A DNA stretch of 64,000 nucleotides, from the NCBI GenBank assembly GCA_014240165.1, contig JAAZXM010000017.1:2381-66380 (forward strand). Reading direction: 5' to 3'. The notes under the pieces are model-generated. The model was not told where the DNA came from, searched no databases, and was given only the letters and a program-made list of their open reading frames with translations. Shown here in pieces: positions 18,463 through 28,746 of this stretch (its first letter is position 1; the number at the start of each line of letters is the position of its first letter). The position numbers and the translations under genes were made by a program. The DNA comes from Myxococcales bacterium (lineage in GTDB: Bacteria; Myxococcota_A; UBA9160; UBA4427).

Positions 18463-20355
18463 ATGAAAGGGCGATCCAAAGGCCGTTCCGAGAGCCGCGC
18501 GCAGGACCGGCCGTCCCAGGGCCCCCCTGCGTGGCAGGTCTTGGCCGTGGTCGCTCTCACCGTTTTGCTCCTTGGGGGTGTCTACGGTCAGGTTGCCCAG
18601 CACGAATTCGTCGATTACGACGATTTCAGTTATTTCATCAATGACCCCAGGCTCGATGGTGAACTCCGAGTCGATGATTTCATTTCCGCCTTCGCGGAAC
18701 CCTATGTGGCGAACTGGTCGCCTATCACTTCAATCTCGATCCGCCTGGGTGACGCGGTCCACGGCCCCGACCCCGGCAGTCATCTCCTGACGAATCTTTT
18801 CTTTCACGGTCTTGCTTCGATTCTGCTCTTCGCGGCTCTGCTTACGATGACCCAACGGGTTGGAGCCAGCGCCTTCGTGGGGCTCGTTTTCGCGGTTCAT
18901 CCCCTTCATGTTGAGTCAGTCGCGTGGGCCTCGGAACGGAAGGACGTATTGGCTGCGGCTTTTTGGATGGCCGCTCTTCTGATGTATGGGCTACAAGCCG
19001 CGCGAGCTTCCCGGTGGCGTTACGGAGCACTGCTCGCGTTCTCCACCTTGGCGATGCTCTCGAAACCCACGGCGGTCGGTCTCCCCATCACGCTCTTGCT
19101 GCTGGATTATTGGCCGCTGGGCACGATTTCAGATCGTTCAAGCTTGATTCGCAAGGTCATCGAAAAGTGGCCGCTGGTCATCATCGCCGGTTTCGTGGCG
19201 ATCATGACCTTCGTGGTTCAGGACGCCGCGGGGGCGAGGCAGACGGCCTGGCTTTCGTTTTGGACTCGCTGCCTGAACGCAGGCCTGAGTTATTGGACCT
19301 ATCTCATCGACTCTCTATGGCCCGCCAACCTGGCTGTTTTCTACCCCTATCCCGATTCGTCTCGATTGGAGTCGTGGCAACCGCTGGCCGCCTGGGCATC
19401 ACTTGCCCTGGCGACCTTCCTGAGTCTCCGATGGGGATTGCGGCGCCCGTATCTGCTCGTTGGATGGTGGTGGTTCATGCTGACCTTGATTCCGATGATC
19501 GGCTTCGTGCAGGTGGGGACCCAAGGCCATGCCGATCGCTACATGTACGTGCCCATGGTGGGTCTGCTTCTCGCTACGGCCTGGGGTATTTCGGATCTTG
19601 TTCGCTCGCATCAGCGGGTTCAGTGGGTCAGCCCTGTGCTGGCAACAATGGTGGTGACTGCCTTGGCGTTCGTCGCGCATGGCCAAGTCGGGCATTGGAA
19701 AAATACAATCGCACTTTTTGACCATGCCCTGGAAGCAACCGGGCCCAACCCAGTCGCTCATCGCGTCCTTGGTGTGGCTCATTGGGAGCAGAGTCGGCCT
19801 TCTCTGGCCGAAGAGCATTTGCGGATGGCAGTCGAACTTGATCCGGGTTGGTCCGATGCACGCCTGGCTTTGGCGCTCTGCCTCAACCACCTGGGCAGAT
19901 TCGAAGAAGCACGGCTTCATTTCATTCAAGCTCGCGCGGATGGTGCCGACCTCGGCCGGGTCCATGGCGGCCTGGGCCTGGCCGCGCAGCAGTTGGGCGA
20001 AGAAGCGGTGGCGGCCAGGGAGTATCGTGCCGCGCTGGCGCTTCGTCCCGAGGAGTGGGAAGTTGCGAACAATCTCGCCTGGTTGTTGGCGACTTCGCGG
20101 GATGCAGGGGTTCGAGATCTCCCGGAAGCGCTTGGGTTTGCGCAAATAGCCGTGGCGGGAGTTCCCGGAAACAGCGATTTCCTGGAGACCCTGGCCCGGG
20201 TGTATGCGGAATCAGCGCGGTACCCAGAGGCGGCCGAAAGCCAGAAGCGAGCCCTCGATGCTTTACCTGGCGACGCGGAAGAGCGCCGACGGCGCCAGCT
20301 TCGAGATGACTTGCGGGACTATCTCGAACAAGCCTCCATCCAGGGAACGCGCTGA
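18463..20355 (+). CDS. Polytopic GT-C-like (PMT_2/DUF1736, TMTC-like) membrane protein fused to C-terminal TPR repeats
   Basis: Start MKGRSKGRS... Acidic first-loop motif EFVDYDDFSYFINDPRL. About 10 TM helices followed by TPR repeats (AHRVLGVAHWEQSRPSLAEEHLRMAVELDP...). Confidence 0.8.
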   Translation: MKGRSKGRSESRAQDRPSQGPPAWQVLAVVALTVLLLGGVYGQVAQHEFVDYDDFSYFINDPRLDGELRVDDFISAFAEPYVANWSPITSISIRLGDAVHGPDPGSHLLTNLFFHGLASILLFAALLTMTQRVGASAFVGLVFAVHPLHVESVAWASERKDVLAAAFWMAALLMYGLQAARASRWRYGALLAFSTLAMLSKPTAVGLPITLLLLDYWPLGTISDRSSLIRKVIEKWPLVIIAGFVAIMTFVVQDAAGARQTAWLSFWTRCLNAGLSYWTYLIDSLWPANLAVFYPYPDSSRLESWQPLAAWASLALATFLSLRWGLRRPYLLVGWWWFMLTLIPMIGFVQVGTQGHADRYMYVPMVGLLLATAWGISDLVRSHQRVQWVSPVLATMVVTALAFVAHGQVGHWKNTIALFDHALEATGPNPVAHRVLGVAHWEQSRPSLAEEHLRMAVELDPGWSDARLALALCLNHLGRFEEARLHFIQARADGADLGRVHGGLGLAAQQLGEEAVAAREYRAALALRPEEWEVANNLAWLLATSRDAGVRDLPEALGFAQIAVAGVPGNSDFLETLARVYAESARYPEAAESQKRALDALPGDAEERRRRQLRDDLRDYLEQASIQGTR

Positions 20356-20405
20356 ATGGGCATTGGGTGAAATTGAATCACTGCCCGCCCTGGCTAGTAG
20401 TGGTT

Positions 20406-23216
20406 CTAGAAGGTCACCTGTAAGGTCACGCCAAATGTGCGCGGGTCGCCAATGGCGTAGATGACTGATTGTCGGAACCTCGCCAGATTGATGGCGTCCA
20501 GACGATATTTCTTGTCCGCCAGGTTCCTGACCCAACCCGCGATCTCCAACCGGGAATCGGCAGTTCGAAAGGCGAGTCGAAAGTTCATCAGCCAAAGGGG
20601 AGCCTGGCCGATCTCGGGGTTGTCCTCCGGGCCAAAAAAGACCTGGTCCTTGAAACTCCAGTCGAAGCGCGGCGTCAGGGTTCCGTAGTTGGATTCGAGG
20701 GGCCACGACAAATAACCCGAGAAGGCGAATTCTGGAGCGTTGACCAGTTGGTTCCCGGAGTAGTCGCGGGCGCTTATCGTTTGCAAGCCGTCGCCATCCA
20801 GTTCGGTTAGTGAGTTCGCGAACTCCAGATACTTGCCACGCAAGTAGCCGAAGGAGCCCAGGAATTCCATGTTCTCCAGAAACTCGGGGACAAGACCTCG
20901 AAGTGGGAATGCCCTGATCTCCAACTCCGCTCCGTAGATCCTGGCTTCGTTCGCGTTGATGAGTTGCGCGATGGGGACCGCATTTTGGGTATTCCGCAGG
21001 GTGAAGATCTGGATATCGCGATAGATATAGTAGAAGGCAGAGAAATTGAACATGAACGAATTGTCCAGCCAAGTTGTTTTCGCACCGAATTCGAATGCAT
21101 CCACTTCTTCGGGCTTCACCGGCTCGGTGAGTAGATCGCCTTCATCGTCGGTAAAGCGAGGGTTCAATATCGCGCCGTTGAGGTGTGGTCCCTTATATCC
21201 TCGAGAGTATTTGATATAGACAATGTTATTTTCGCGCGGCTTGTAGTTGAAGCTGAGATCCCCACTTAGGCCCGTATCCGATACTGTGCCCGGCGGCGGC
21301 GTGACCACCCCGGGTGGAACGAGGTTTCCACTATACGGATCGAGCCGGCTGGTCTCGAGGTTCATGGTCTTGTTTTCGTAGTTCAGTCGAGCGCCGCCAT
21401 CGACAGAGAACAACTCATTGGGGGACCAACTCGCCCACCCGTAGACCGCCGCGTAATGGGTACCAAGGTGGTAACGCTGGATCGTGGTATTCGTGACCTT
21501 ATCCAGGTCGAAGATATTCGAAACATTGAGATCTTCGTAGAGGTAGCTGGCGCCGGTCTCCAGGGCGAGGGGTCCGTCGCTGTCGTATATCAGTTTGAAC
21601 TCCTGGCTCAGTTGCCACGCGTCGTTCTCAAGGGTCGGCTCCAAGGAGATCAAGGGGCTTGCATCCAGGTTGGTACGGACTCGTCGTTTATTGCCTTCGA
21701 AACCCGAGATCGTCTTGAAGAGCAAGCTGTGGTCTGCCCGGATCGAACCCGTCAGGCTCGTTCCGTAGAGATCAAGCTTTTCGGGATCGTTGCGGTTGTA
21801 GCTGCCCGCATGGGGGTCGCCTTCGAGAGGGTCGACGTATCGAATCGTTGCGAAGCCAGAATCGTCGAAAGTGATCACCGCGTTATCGGGGTCGGAGTAG
21901 CCGAGCGCGTCGCGGTGTGTGAAGCTGATGAACTCCCCGTCGCTGGATTGACGGGCTCCCTTTCCTTGAAATTGCCGAGATCCTCCGTTGTTCTGACCAC
22001 CATGGATGTTGAGGATCCAGTCGGTTCGTTCATTGGGCTGCCAGCGCATCAGGCCGCGAACCGCCCAATTGTCCACGTTGTTCACCAGGCGGTCCACCGG
22101 CGGAGGCCCAGGAGCGGGGTTGTCGGGAAAATTCGGAAAACCTACCCAGCCTGGAGTCCATCCGGGCCCACTCAATCCTGCGGGATTGATGCCGGTGGCA
22201 AGAGGCTCGAGCGGGAGCATCGTATCCGAATTGAAACAGCCGCGAGACGCTCCGTAGGGGTCGGCGTGAGGCGTCACCGCTGTGCTGTTTTGGGGGCTGG
22301 TTCCGGGCGAGGTGGCGTTGTATTCGCCATGAACTCGGTAGTCAAAGTCGGCTGCCGCATTCAGGCCGGGTGGTGGCGTGGGCGGTGGTCGGCGGTCCTT
22401 CCAACGCGCGTCGCCGCAGCGGTTGAGCGTGGTCCCGTCGCGCTGACGAAAGACCCCCGCGATTCGGACCGTCAGCTCCTCGCTTAGGGGAACCTCAAAG
22501 GCGCCCTCGGCCTCGATGTTGTTGTAGTTTCCGTAGGTTATTTTGGCCTGCCCGTTCACGTCACCAGTGGGCTTACGGGAAACGACTCGAATCGCCCCCG
22601 CAGAAGCATTTCGGCCGAAGAGTGTTCCCTGGGGTCCACGGAGAACTTCAACCTGCTGAACGTCGAAGAGTTGGGACAATTGCCCGGCCGGAGAGTTCAT
22701 GTAGATGTCGTCGTTGTAGACGGCGACTGACGATGCCGAGTTGGCGTTGAAGTCGCGAAGCCCGACCCCGCGGATGAAGAGGGTGGGGTTTGAGGCGGCG
22801 AAGACGGTCCGAATCTCGAGATTGGGTGTGAACTGGGCGATGTCGGCAATGTTCTGGGCACCCAGGGCATCCAGGTACTCGGCGTCGAATGAGGCGACCG
22901 ATACCCCGAGATCCTGCAGGTTCTGCGAACCGGCGCTGGAGGTGACGACGATCTCCTCGATGGAGCGGAACTGCTCATCGAGCAAGGGCATGTCATCCGG
23001 GGCGGATGGTTCTTCCCTTGCTTCGGCAGGAGAAATTTCGACGTTCCCGCCCGACTCTCCAGCGGGGCCGGGAACACTCTCCCGCTCAGTAGCGACAGTC
23101 GCCGGTTCGGGGGCGGGGTCGCTCGCTGACTCCTGGGCGCTGGCCTCTCCGGTCGTCAATAGGGCTGCCAGAGTTACGGCTAAGAGCCACCACTTGGAGA
23201 TCATTCGCCCGTTCAT
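20406..23216 (-). CDS. TonB-dependent outer-membrane receptor (paralog 1)
   Basis: Signal peptide, acidic linker, plug (EEIVVTS...RGVGLRDFNANS...VEVLRGPQGTLFGRNASAGAIRV), long barrel, terminal ...TLQVTF. Confidence 0.93.
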   Translation of the reverse strand: MNGRMISKWWLLAVTLAALLTTGEASAQESASDPAPEPATVATERESVPGPAGESGGNVEISPAEAREEPSAPDDMPLLDEQFRSIEEIVVTSSAGSQNLQDLGVSVASFDAEYLDALGAQNIADIAQFTPNLEIRTVFAASNPTLFIRGVGLRDFNANSASSVAVYNDDIYMNSPAGQLSQLFDVQQVEVLRGPQGTLFGRNASAGAIRVVSRKPTGDVNGQAKITYGNYNNIEAEGAFEVPLSEELTVRIAGVFRQRDGTTLNRCGDARWKDRRPPPTPPPGLNAAADFDYRVHGEYNATSPGTSPQNSTAVTPHADPYGASRGCFNSDTMLPLEPLATGINPAGLSGPGWTPGWVGFPNFPDNPAPGPPPVDRLVNNVDNWAVRGLMRWQPNERTDWILNIHGGQNNGGSRQFQGKGARQSSDGEFISFTHRDALGYSDPDNAVITFDDSGFATIRYVDPLEGDPHAGSYNRNDPEKLDLYGTSLTGSIRADHSLLFKTISGFEGNKRRVRTNLDASPLISLEPTLENDAWQLSQEFKLIYDSDGPLALETGASYLYEDLNVSNIFDLDKVTNTTIQRYHLGTHYAAVYGWASWSPNELFSVDGGARLNYENKTMNLETSRLDPYSGNLVPPGVVTPPPGTVSDTGLSGDLSFNYKPRENNIVYIKYSRGYKGPHLNGAILNPRFTDDEGDLLTEPVKPEEVDAFEFGAKTTWLDNSFMFNFSAFYYIYRDIQIFTLRNTQNAVPIAQLINANEARIYGAELEIRAFPLRGLVPEFLENMEFLGSFGYLRGKYLEFANSLTELDGDGLQTISARDYSGNQLVNAPEFAFSGYLSWPLESNYGTLTPRFDWSFKDQVFFGPEDNPEIGQAPLWLMNFRLAFRTADSRLEIAGWVRNLADKKYRLDAINLARFRQSVIYAIGDPRTFGVTLQVTF

Positions 23217-23240
23217 GTGGTTGTGGTTCCCCGGAGCCTT

Positions 23241-23285
23241 TAGATCTCTCTAATCTTAGATCTCTCTAATCAGATCTCTCTAAAT
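23241..23285. repeat. Three direct copies of AGATCTCTCTAA between the small exported-protein gene and TonB receptor 1
   Basis: Copies at 23242-23253, 23258-23269 and 23272-23283. On the coding (minus) strand they read TTAGAGAGATCT, 26-69 nt upstream of the receptor ATG (23216). Confidence 0.85.
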
Positions 23286-23304
23286 GGAGGGTCCCACTTG
23301 ACGC

Positions 23305-23625
23305 CTAGCTACCGAAGTCTCTTCCGAGAGGGGCGTTGACCAGATTGTCGAGGGGCATTCTGAGGAAAACGTCATACGCATTGTCGAGGCTTTCCATTCC
23401 TCCCGGGGCCGAAACCAACGCAGCTGGAACCAGAATCACGGCCCCTAAAACAACGCCCATTGCACCCAGCGGCCGGAGAACCATGGCATCAAAAGCTCGG
23501 TCTGCCTGGCTTGGCCCGCCCTCTTCCTGGGCAAAGGCTTGAGGAGTCCCCGAGGCCAGTAGCAAAGCGATGATTAGGGAGACTCTCAGCAGGGCTCGCA
23601 GCGTGCCTGAAAAATTAATTTTCAT
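23305..23625 (-). CDS. Small exported protein, unknown family
   Basis: 106 aa. Signal peptide ...LLLASGTPQAFAQ, then an internal hydrophobic stretch (RPLGAMGVVLGAVILVPAALVSAPGG). Confidence 0.6.
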   Translation of the reverse strand: MKINFSGTLRALLRVSLIIALLLASGTPQAFAQEEGGPSQADRAFDAMVLRPLGAMGVVLGAVILVPAALVSAPGGMESLDNAYDVFLRMPLDNLVNAPLGRDFGS

Positions 23626-23656
23626 GGGTAAAAATCCTCTTTCTATTTTCTAAACC

Positions 23657-24607
23657 CTACCAGGTCCAATTGGGCAGCCAGGAAAAACGAATGCCGCCTC
23701 CGCCTTGGGCGATGAAAGGGTCAGGTTCGATCGAGTAGGTTGTCAGGTTGGCCGGGTCCGAGTCCACGGTCGAGAAAACCTGTTGACCTCCGCTCACGAT
23801 CCAGGCGAAACGGGTCTCGAGAAAGAGGCTGACCCGTAGATCGCGCCATCGGTACACGAGTGCGTCGCCTTGAAGGCTGGCGCCGACGGCGTGCGTCGTG
23901 GACGAGGAGACAGGCGAGGAGTAGACCGTCTCCCCTCTGCCCTGAATATCACGTGAAGTGGTTCCGGTCATCGAGAAAGATTGGCCCAGGTAGTCGACGG
24001 CCGTTCGCAGTCGTACCTGTCTCTGCCATGCGGGGATTACGATTTGAAAGCCTGTACCCACGTACCACTGGGAATTGATTTGAGTTTCAACCCGGTTCCG
24101 AATGGTGCAACCTGTAATAGGGTCAAACGGATTTTCGCTGATACCGCAATTGGCCCCAATCACCGCTGACGGAACCGGTGGGCTTAGCCCGGGGGAATAG
24201 CTGTCAATGGATCTGTAGGCAGTGAATTCTTCCTCGAGGATGACCTGGGCCCCAACTTGAGCAAAGATCCGAGGCTCGAGTTCGCTCTCGAACAGCGCAG
24301 GCGTAGCAAGAGATACATCGAATCGGAAGCCAGGGCTGGCCAGACCGTCCGTGGTCGAATTCGCGGAGTTTGCGCCCAGACCGCTGATGACTCGGGCGTC
24401 TTGATCCTGAACGTGCATGAGGAATCCGATGCTCAGTGAAGGGATCCACAGATCGGGGCCGTCCAAGTTGGGCTCGGCGACAGTCGGGCTCGCCTCTTCC
24501 TCTTCCTCATCGGCCCATACTGGCGCGCACACCAACGCCACGGCGATCAGGGCCAGGGCCCCGAGTAGAGTTGGGCGGCTAAGGCCACCACGTAACCAGC
24601 GTTTCAT
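23657..24607 (-). CDS. Putative outer-membrane beta-barrel protein, unknown family
   Basis: Start MKRWLRGG... at 24607 with a signal peptide, an acidic DEEEEE stretch, alternating-residue strands, and the terminal aromatic ...IRFSWLPNWTW. Confidence 0.65.
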   Translation of the reverse strand: MKRWLRGGLSRPTLLGALALIAVALVCAPVWADEEEEEASPTVAEPNLDGPDLWIPSLSIGFLMHVQDQDARVISGLGANSANSTTDGLASPGFRFDVSLATPALFESELEPRIFAQVGAQVILEEEFTAYRSIDSYSPGLSPPVPSAVIGANCGISENPFDPITGCTIRNRVETQINSQWYVGTGFQIVIPAWQRQVRLRTAVDYLGQSFSMTGTTSRDIQGRGETVYSSPVSSSTTHAVGASLQGDALVYRWRDLRVSLFLETRFAWIVSGGQQVFSTVDSDPANLTTYSIEPDPFIAQGGGGIRFSWLPNWTW

Positions 24608-24680
24608 TCGGGATTGCACCTCAACGCTCCTCCTGCCTGGATCTCGAATTCGCTGCGGTTCACAGCGAGTGGGGCTGTTC

Positions 24681-25913
24681 CTACTTGTTTCGTTTCTTGC
24701 TGGTCTCTTCATGATACTTCGTGAGCACTTTTTCGGAGAGGTGCTCTTCGTTGTGCGCTACCCACTGGCCTGCTGCGCTGGGCTCTCGACGTGCCCAGTT
24801 CATGAGCGGCAAGAGGATTGCCTTCTCCCGCTCACGGGCGTCGGGAACCCGCAATGCCCACTTGAGAGATTCTTCTGGCGGGCCGGAAGCGTAGAAATGT
24901 GAAAGGGCGAAAATCGCCGGCTGCATTCCCTCGGTCGCCATGTTCTCTCGCAGATAGGGGTAGGCCTTTTCAGGCTGCTTTTTAAGAAGCGTATACGCTG
25001 CTTCGCGAACCGCGTGTCCCCGGGCTTCCGAGGGAGGCTGTGAGAGTATCCAGGCAAAGCCCGCATCGATATCTCTCAGCACATAGGTGCTTCCAACTGC
25101 AGCAATCGAACCGCTTTCGACCCAGGGCTTGATGGGCTGCGTGTCGAACCACTCGGCGGCTTGCAAATAATCTAGACGGACGAGCAACTCCAAGGTGGCG
25201 GTGAAGGCCGCCGTTTTGAGCCCGTTGGGCGCATCTCGCGGCATCGCGTCCGTCCACCCCATGAGAATTTCGGGATCGCGTCGCACCATTTCCAGCATCA
25301 TGCGGACCATCAGAAATTGCCGTGTGTCGCGCTCCCCGGGTTCATCCGCGGGCATTTCGCCGAGAAGTTCGATGGCCACCTTGCTCTCACCGGCCATCCC
25401 TGACCCTTGGATAATGTTGTTACGGACAATCTTGAATTTCTCTTCAGAACTCGGAATCGTTCGCAGAAACGCAAGCGCTTCCTCGTCTCCCCCAAGCGCA
25501 ACCCAGGTGGCGATCGACTGGGCCGCCGCGTTTCGTCCCAGCGAGCCCGTTTGGGCGAGTGCCCACTCTACAGCGGCCTGTCTGTCAACACTCGTCCAGG
25601 CGCTGACGATGGGGTCGGATTCGCATCGGCCCACCAGCGCATAGGCCTTCTGCAGGGCGATACCCGCGCCAGCGGCGTTCTCGGCGTTTAGTTGGGATGC
25701 GGCCGCGGATAGTGAGGTCAACCTCGCAAAGGGATCGGGCTTCGAGAAAGCCTCGGTTAGCCTTCCCTCAAGCTCATCTGCGCTCAGTTGGGTTGCGGAT
25801 TCAGTGGGCCGCTGATCTGCACTCTCACAAGCAAAGGCAAAGACGATCACTCCCGTCAAAACAGCGACTTGCGCCGAAAGCTTCTTCGAATGCAGCAGAA
25901 TACGCGCGATCAT
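24681..25913 (-). CDS. Helical-repeat lipoprotein, unknown family
   Basis: Lipobox VFAFAC. 410 aa, predicted all-alpha (HEAT/ARM-like by eye). 2-nt gap after the upstream receptor gene. Confidence 0.7.
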   Translation of the reverse strand: MIARILLHSKKLSAQVAVLTGVIVFAFACESADQRPTESATQLSADELEGRLTEAFSKPDPFARLTSLSAAASQLNAENAAGAGIALQKAYALVGRCESDPIVSAWTSVDRQAAVEWALAQTGSLGRNAAAQSIATWVALGGDEEALAFLRTIPSSEEKFKIVRNNIIQGSGMAGESKVAIELLGEMPADEPGERDTRQFLMVRMMLEMVRRDPEILMGWTDAMPRDAPNGLKTAAFTATLELLVRLDYLQAAEWFDTQPIKPWVESGSIAAVGSTYVLRDIDAGFAWILSQPPSEARGHAVREAAYTLLKKQPEKAYPYLRENMATEGMQPAIFALSHFYASGPPEESLKWALRVPDAREREKAILLPLMNWARREPSAAGQWVAHNEEHLSEKVLTKYHEETSKKRNK

Positions 25914-25915
25914 GC

Positions 25916-28690
25916 CTAGAACCTTACCTGAAGGGTCGCACCGTAGGTGCGCGGATCGCCCATGGCATGGAGAACTGAACTACTGAATCGGGAGAGGTTG
26001 ATCATGTCTACCGAGTAGGCCTTGTCGGTCAGGTTGCGCACCCAACCCGCCAGCTCGATCACGCCGTCAGGCGTCGTGTATGCGACGCGCATATTCATGA
26101 GCCAGAAGGCATCTTCCGCGATGTTGGGATCGTTCTCCGGGCCGAAGAAGATGTCGCTCTTGAAGGTCCAGTCGAAGCGCGCGGTCAGCGTTCCGTAATA
26201 CGAAACCCAGGGCCAGGCTGCGTAGCCCGAAAAGGCGAACTCGGGCGAATTGATCAGCCGGTTGCCCGAAAAGTCGAAAGAGTTGACCTTCTGAACGCCG
26301 CTGTCCAAGTCATACGAGATGAGGGTTTGAGTGAAGTCGGTGTAGGTGCTGTTGAGCCAACCAAAGGACGCGAATACCTCGAGGCCATCGATTTCTTCGG
26401 GTACCAGTCCATAGAGAGGGTGGGACCGCACCTCGATCTCGGCCCCGAAGATGTCTGCATCGTTCGCATTGATCAACTGTTGCACCGGGACATCGCCGTT
26501 GCCCGAGTTCCGCAGTTGGAAGATCTGGATGTTTTGGTAATCGTAGTAGAAGACCGATCCATTGACGCTGAGGGTATTGTCCAGCCAGCTGGTTTTTACG
26601 CCGAGTTCCAGCGCGTCGACTTTCTCGGGCTTTACCGGCGTTGTCAACGGCCGCGAGTCATCCGTCGTCAGCCGCGCGTTCAGGATCAATCCGTTGATAT
26701 GGGGTCCCTTATAACCTCGCGAGTATTTGAAAAAGATCAGGTGCTCGTCGGTGGGCTTGTAGTTGAAGGAAATATCGCCACTGATCCCGGAATCCGAAAC
26801 GTATTCGTCAACGTTGGTCGGGGGGCGATCCGGTATGCCGGTGAAGGGGCTCACCCGGAGGGTGCTGAGTTTCATGTCCTTGGATTCGTAGTTGAAGCGT
26901 CCCCCTGCGACCACAGCGAAGTCTTCGACGGGGACCCAACTCATCCACGCGTAGGCCGAGGCGTAGTTGGTCTTTAGCTTGTAGTCCTGGATCGAGGTGT
27001 TGTCGACCGGATTGATATTGAACTCGTTGCGCGTCCTCAGGTCCTCGTGCAGGTAGTTCGCGCCCATTTCGCCAATCAGTCCGTTTTCGCCCTCCCAGAT
27101 CAGCTTGAACTCCTGGGTCAACTGCCAGGCTTCGTTGTACAGAATGGGCTCGAGAATTCTAAAGGGGTTGCCGTCCAGATTGACCTTCAGGGAGCGCTCG
27201 TTGCCCTCGTACCCGGAGATGGTCTTGAAGAGAAGGGTGTCGTTAATTCGAATGTCGCCTGTCAGGCTGGTGCCGTAGAGCTTTAGATTTTCCGGCTCAT
27301 TGATGTTGTAATCGCCTGCGAAGGGGTCGCCGTCTGCTGGGTCGGTGGCATAGTGGAAGTCGAGACCGCCGTCTGCATCTGCGTTAGGGCTGACGCTGAG
27401 ATTGTCGCGATCGTAATATCTGTACGTGGTCGTGTGGGTGTCGAAGTTGGGGTTTTCACTCTCCAGCGAACCGGACGCCCCAATCACCTGGAACTGGCGG
27501 CCACCGCCATCGTTCCGCCCGCCGTGAATATTGAGTACCCAGTCGACGTCATCACTCGGTTGCCAGCGCAGGAGGCCGCGAACGGCCCAATTGGCCATTT
27601 GGTTCACGTACTGGTCGACGGGGGGGGGCGCTGGTGCGGGATTATCAGGAAAATCATTAAAGCCCACCCAACCGGGGGACCAGCCTTGACCCGGCTGGGA
27701 TGCGGGGTTGGTTCCAGTGCTAATTGGGACGATAGGCGCCATCGTAAAGGTGTTGAAGCAGCCGGTCGAACCGCCGTAGGGGTCATATGTCGGATTGTTG
27801 ACTTGTTCATTCGTCGGCGGAGTGAAAATGCCGTGGACTACGTAGTCGAAGTCGTAGAAAGTCGACGCCGGCTTGCGGTCCTTATAGCGAGGGTCGCCGC
27901 AACGGTTGAGCGTCGTACCGTCGCGCCGGCGATAAACGCCCGAGATGCGCGTCGTCAGGGTGTCGGTGATGGGAACCTCGAAGGCACCCTCGGCTTCCAC
28001 GTAGTTGTAGTTCCCGTACGTGACCTTCGTATGACCATTGATATCTCCCGTCGGCTTGCGGGAAATGACCCGGATCGCCCCAGCCGACGCGTTGCGGCCG
28101 AAGAGGGTGCCCTGGGGGCCGCGGAGGACTTCGACCTGCTGGACATCGAAGAGTTGTCCCAATTGGCCGGCTGGCGAGTTCATGTAGATATCGTCGTTGT
28201 AGACGGCCACTGAAGAGGAAGAGTTGGCGTTGAAATCGCGGAGCCCCACGCCGCGGATGAAGAGGGTGGGGTTGGAGGCGGCGAAGACCGTACGAATTTC
28301 GAGATTGGGTGTGAACTGGGAGATGTCCGCAATGTTCTGGGCGCCCAGGGCATCGAGGTACTCGGCGTCGAAAGCCGCGACCGATACCCCGAGGTCCTGC
28401 AGGTTGCTTCCCCCCGCCTGGGAGGTGACGAGGATCTCCTCTACGGCCTTGTAGCGCTCGTCGATTTCCTTATCGACGTCCTCGCTGTCGACGTCGAGAT
28501 AAGCGGAGAGTTCTTCCGCTTCGAAGTCTTCGGGCTGCTGCTCGGTCGAAGCCTCGGAAGGGTCATCCGACTCCGCTGCGGGATCGCTGGATGCTTGGGC
28601 CGCTGCGATGGTCGGGCATAATGCAAGCGATAGGAGCGCGGAAATAATCAGGGTCCCGCGGCTCGCCAACCGCCAATTGATGGAAAACAT
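25916..28690 (-). CDS. TonB-dependent outer-membrane receptor (paralog 2)
   Basis: Same architecture as paralog 1. The plug is nearly identical (EEILVTSQAGGSNLQDLGVSVAAFDAEYLDALGAQNIADISQFTPNLEIRTVFAASNPTLFIRGVGLRDFNANS...). Terminal ...TLQVRF. Confidence 0.93.
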   Translation of the reverse strand: MFSINWRLASRGTLIISALLSLALCPTIAAAQASSDPAAESDDPSEASTEQQPEDFEAEELSAYLDVDSEDVDKEIDERYKAVEEILVTSQAGGSNLQDLGVSVAAFDAEYLDALGAQNIADISQFTPNLEIRTVFAASNPTLFIRGVGLRDFNANSSSSVAVYNDDIYMNSPAGQLGQLFDVQQVEVLRGPQGTLFGRNASAGAIRVISRKPTGDINGHTKVTYGNYNYVEAEGAFEVPITDTLTTRISGVYRRRDGTTLNRCGDPRYKDRKPASTFYDFDYVVHGIFTPPTNEQVNNPTYDPYGGSTGCFNTFTMAPIVPISTGTNPASQPGQGWSPGWVGFNDFPDNPAPAPPPVDQYVNQMANWAVRGLLRWQPSDDVDWVLNIHGGRNDGGGRQFQVIGASGSLESENPNFDTHTTTYRYYDRDNLSVSPNADADGGLDFHYATDPADGDPFAGDYNINEPENLKLYGTSLTGDIRINDTLLFKTISGYEGNERSLKVNLDGNPFRILEPILYNEAWQLTQEFKLIWEGENGLIGEMGANYLHEDLRTRNEFNINPVDNTSIQDYKLKTNYASAYAWMSWVPVEDFAVVAGGRFNYESKDMKLSTLRVSPFTGIPDRPPTNVDEYVSDSGISGDISFNYKPTDEHLIFFKYSRGYKGPHINGLILNARLTTDDSRPLTTPVKPEKVDALELGVKTSWLDNTLSVNGSVFYYDYQNIQIFQLRNSGNGDVPVQQLINANDADIFGAEIEVRSHPLYGLVPEEIDGLEVFASFGWLNSTYTDFTQTLISYDLDSGVQKVNSFDFSGNRLINSPEFAFSGYAAWPWVSYYGTLTARFDWTFKSDIFFGPENDPNIAEDAFWLMNMRVAYTTPDGVIELAGWVRNLTDKAYSVDMINLSRFSSSVLHAMGDPRTYGATLQVRF

Positions 28691-28746
28691 TAGAAGTCGA
28701 TCCTCCGTGACTACCTAAACAACTGCTTCTCGCATGGGTCGAAAAC

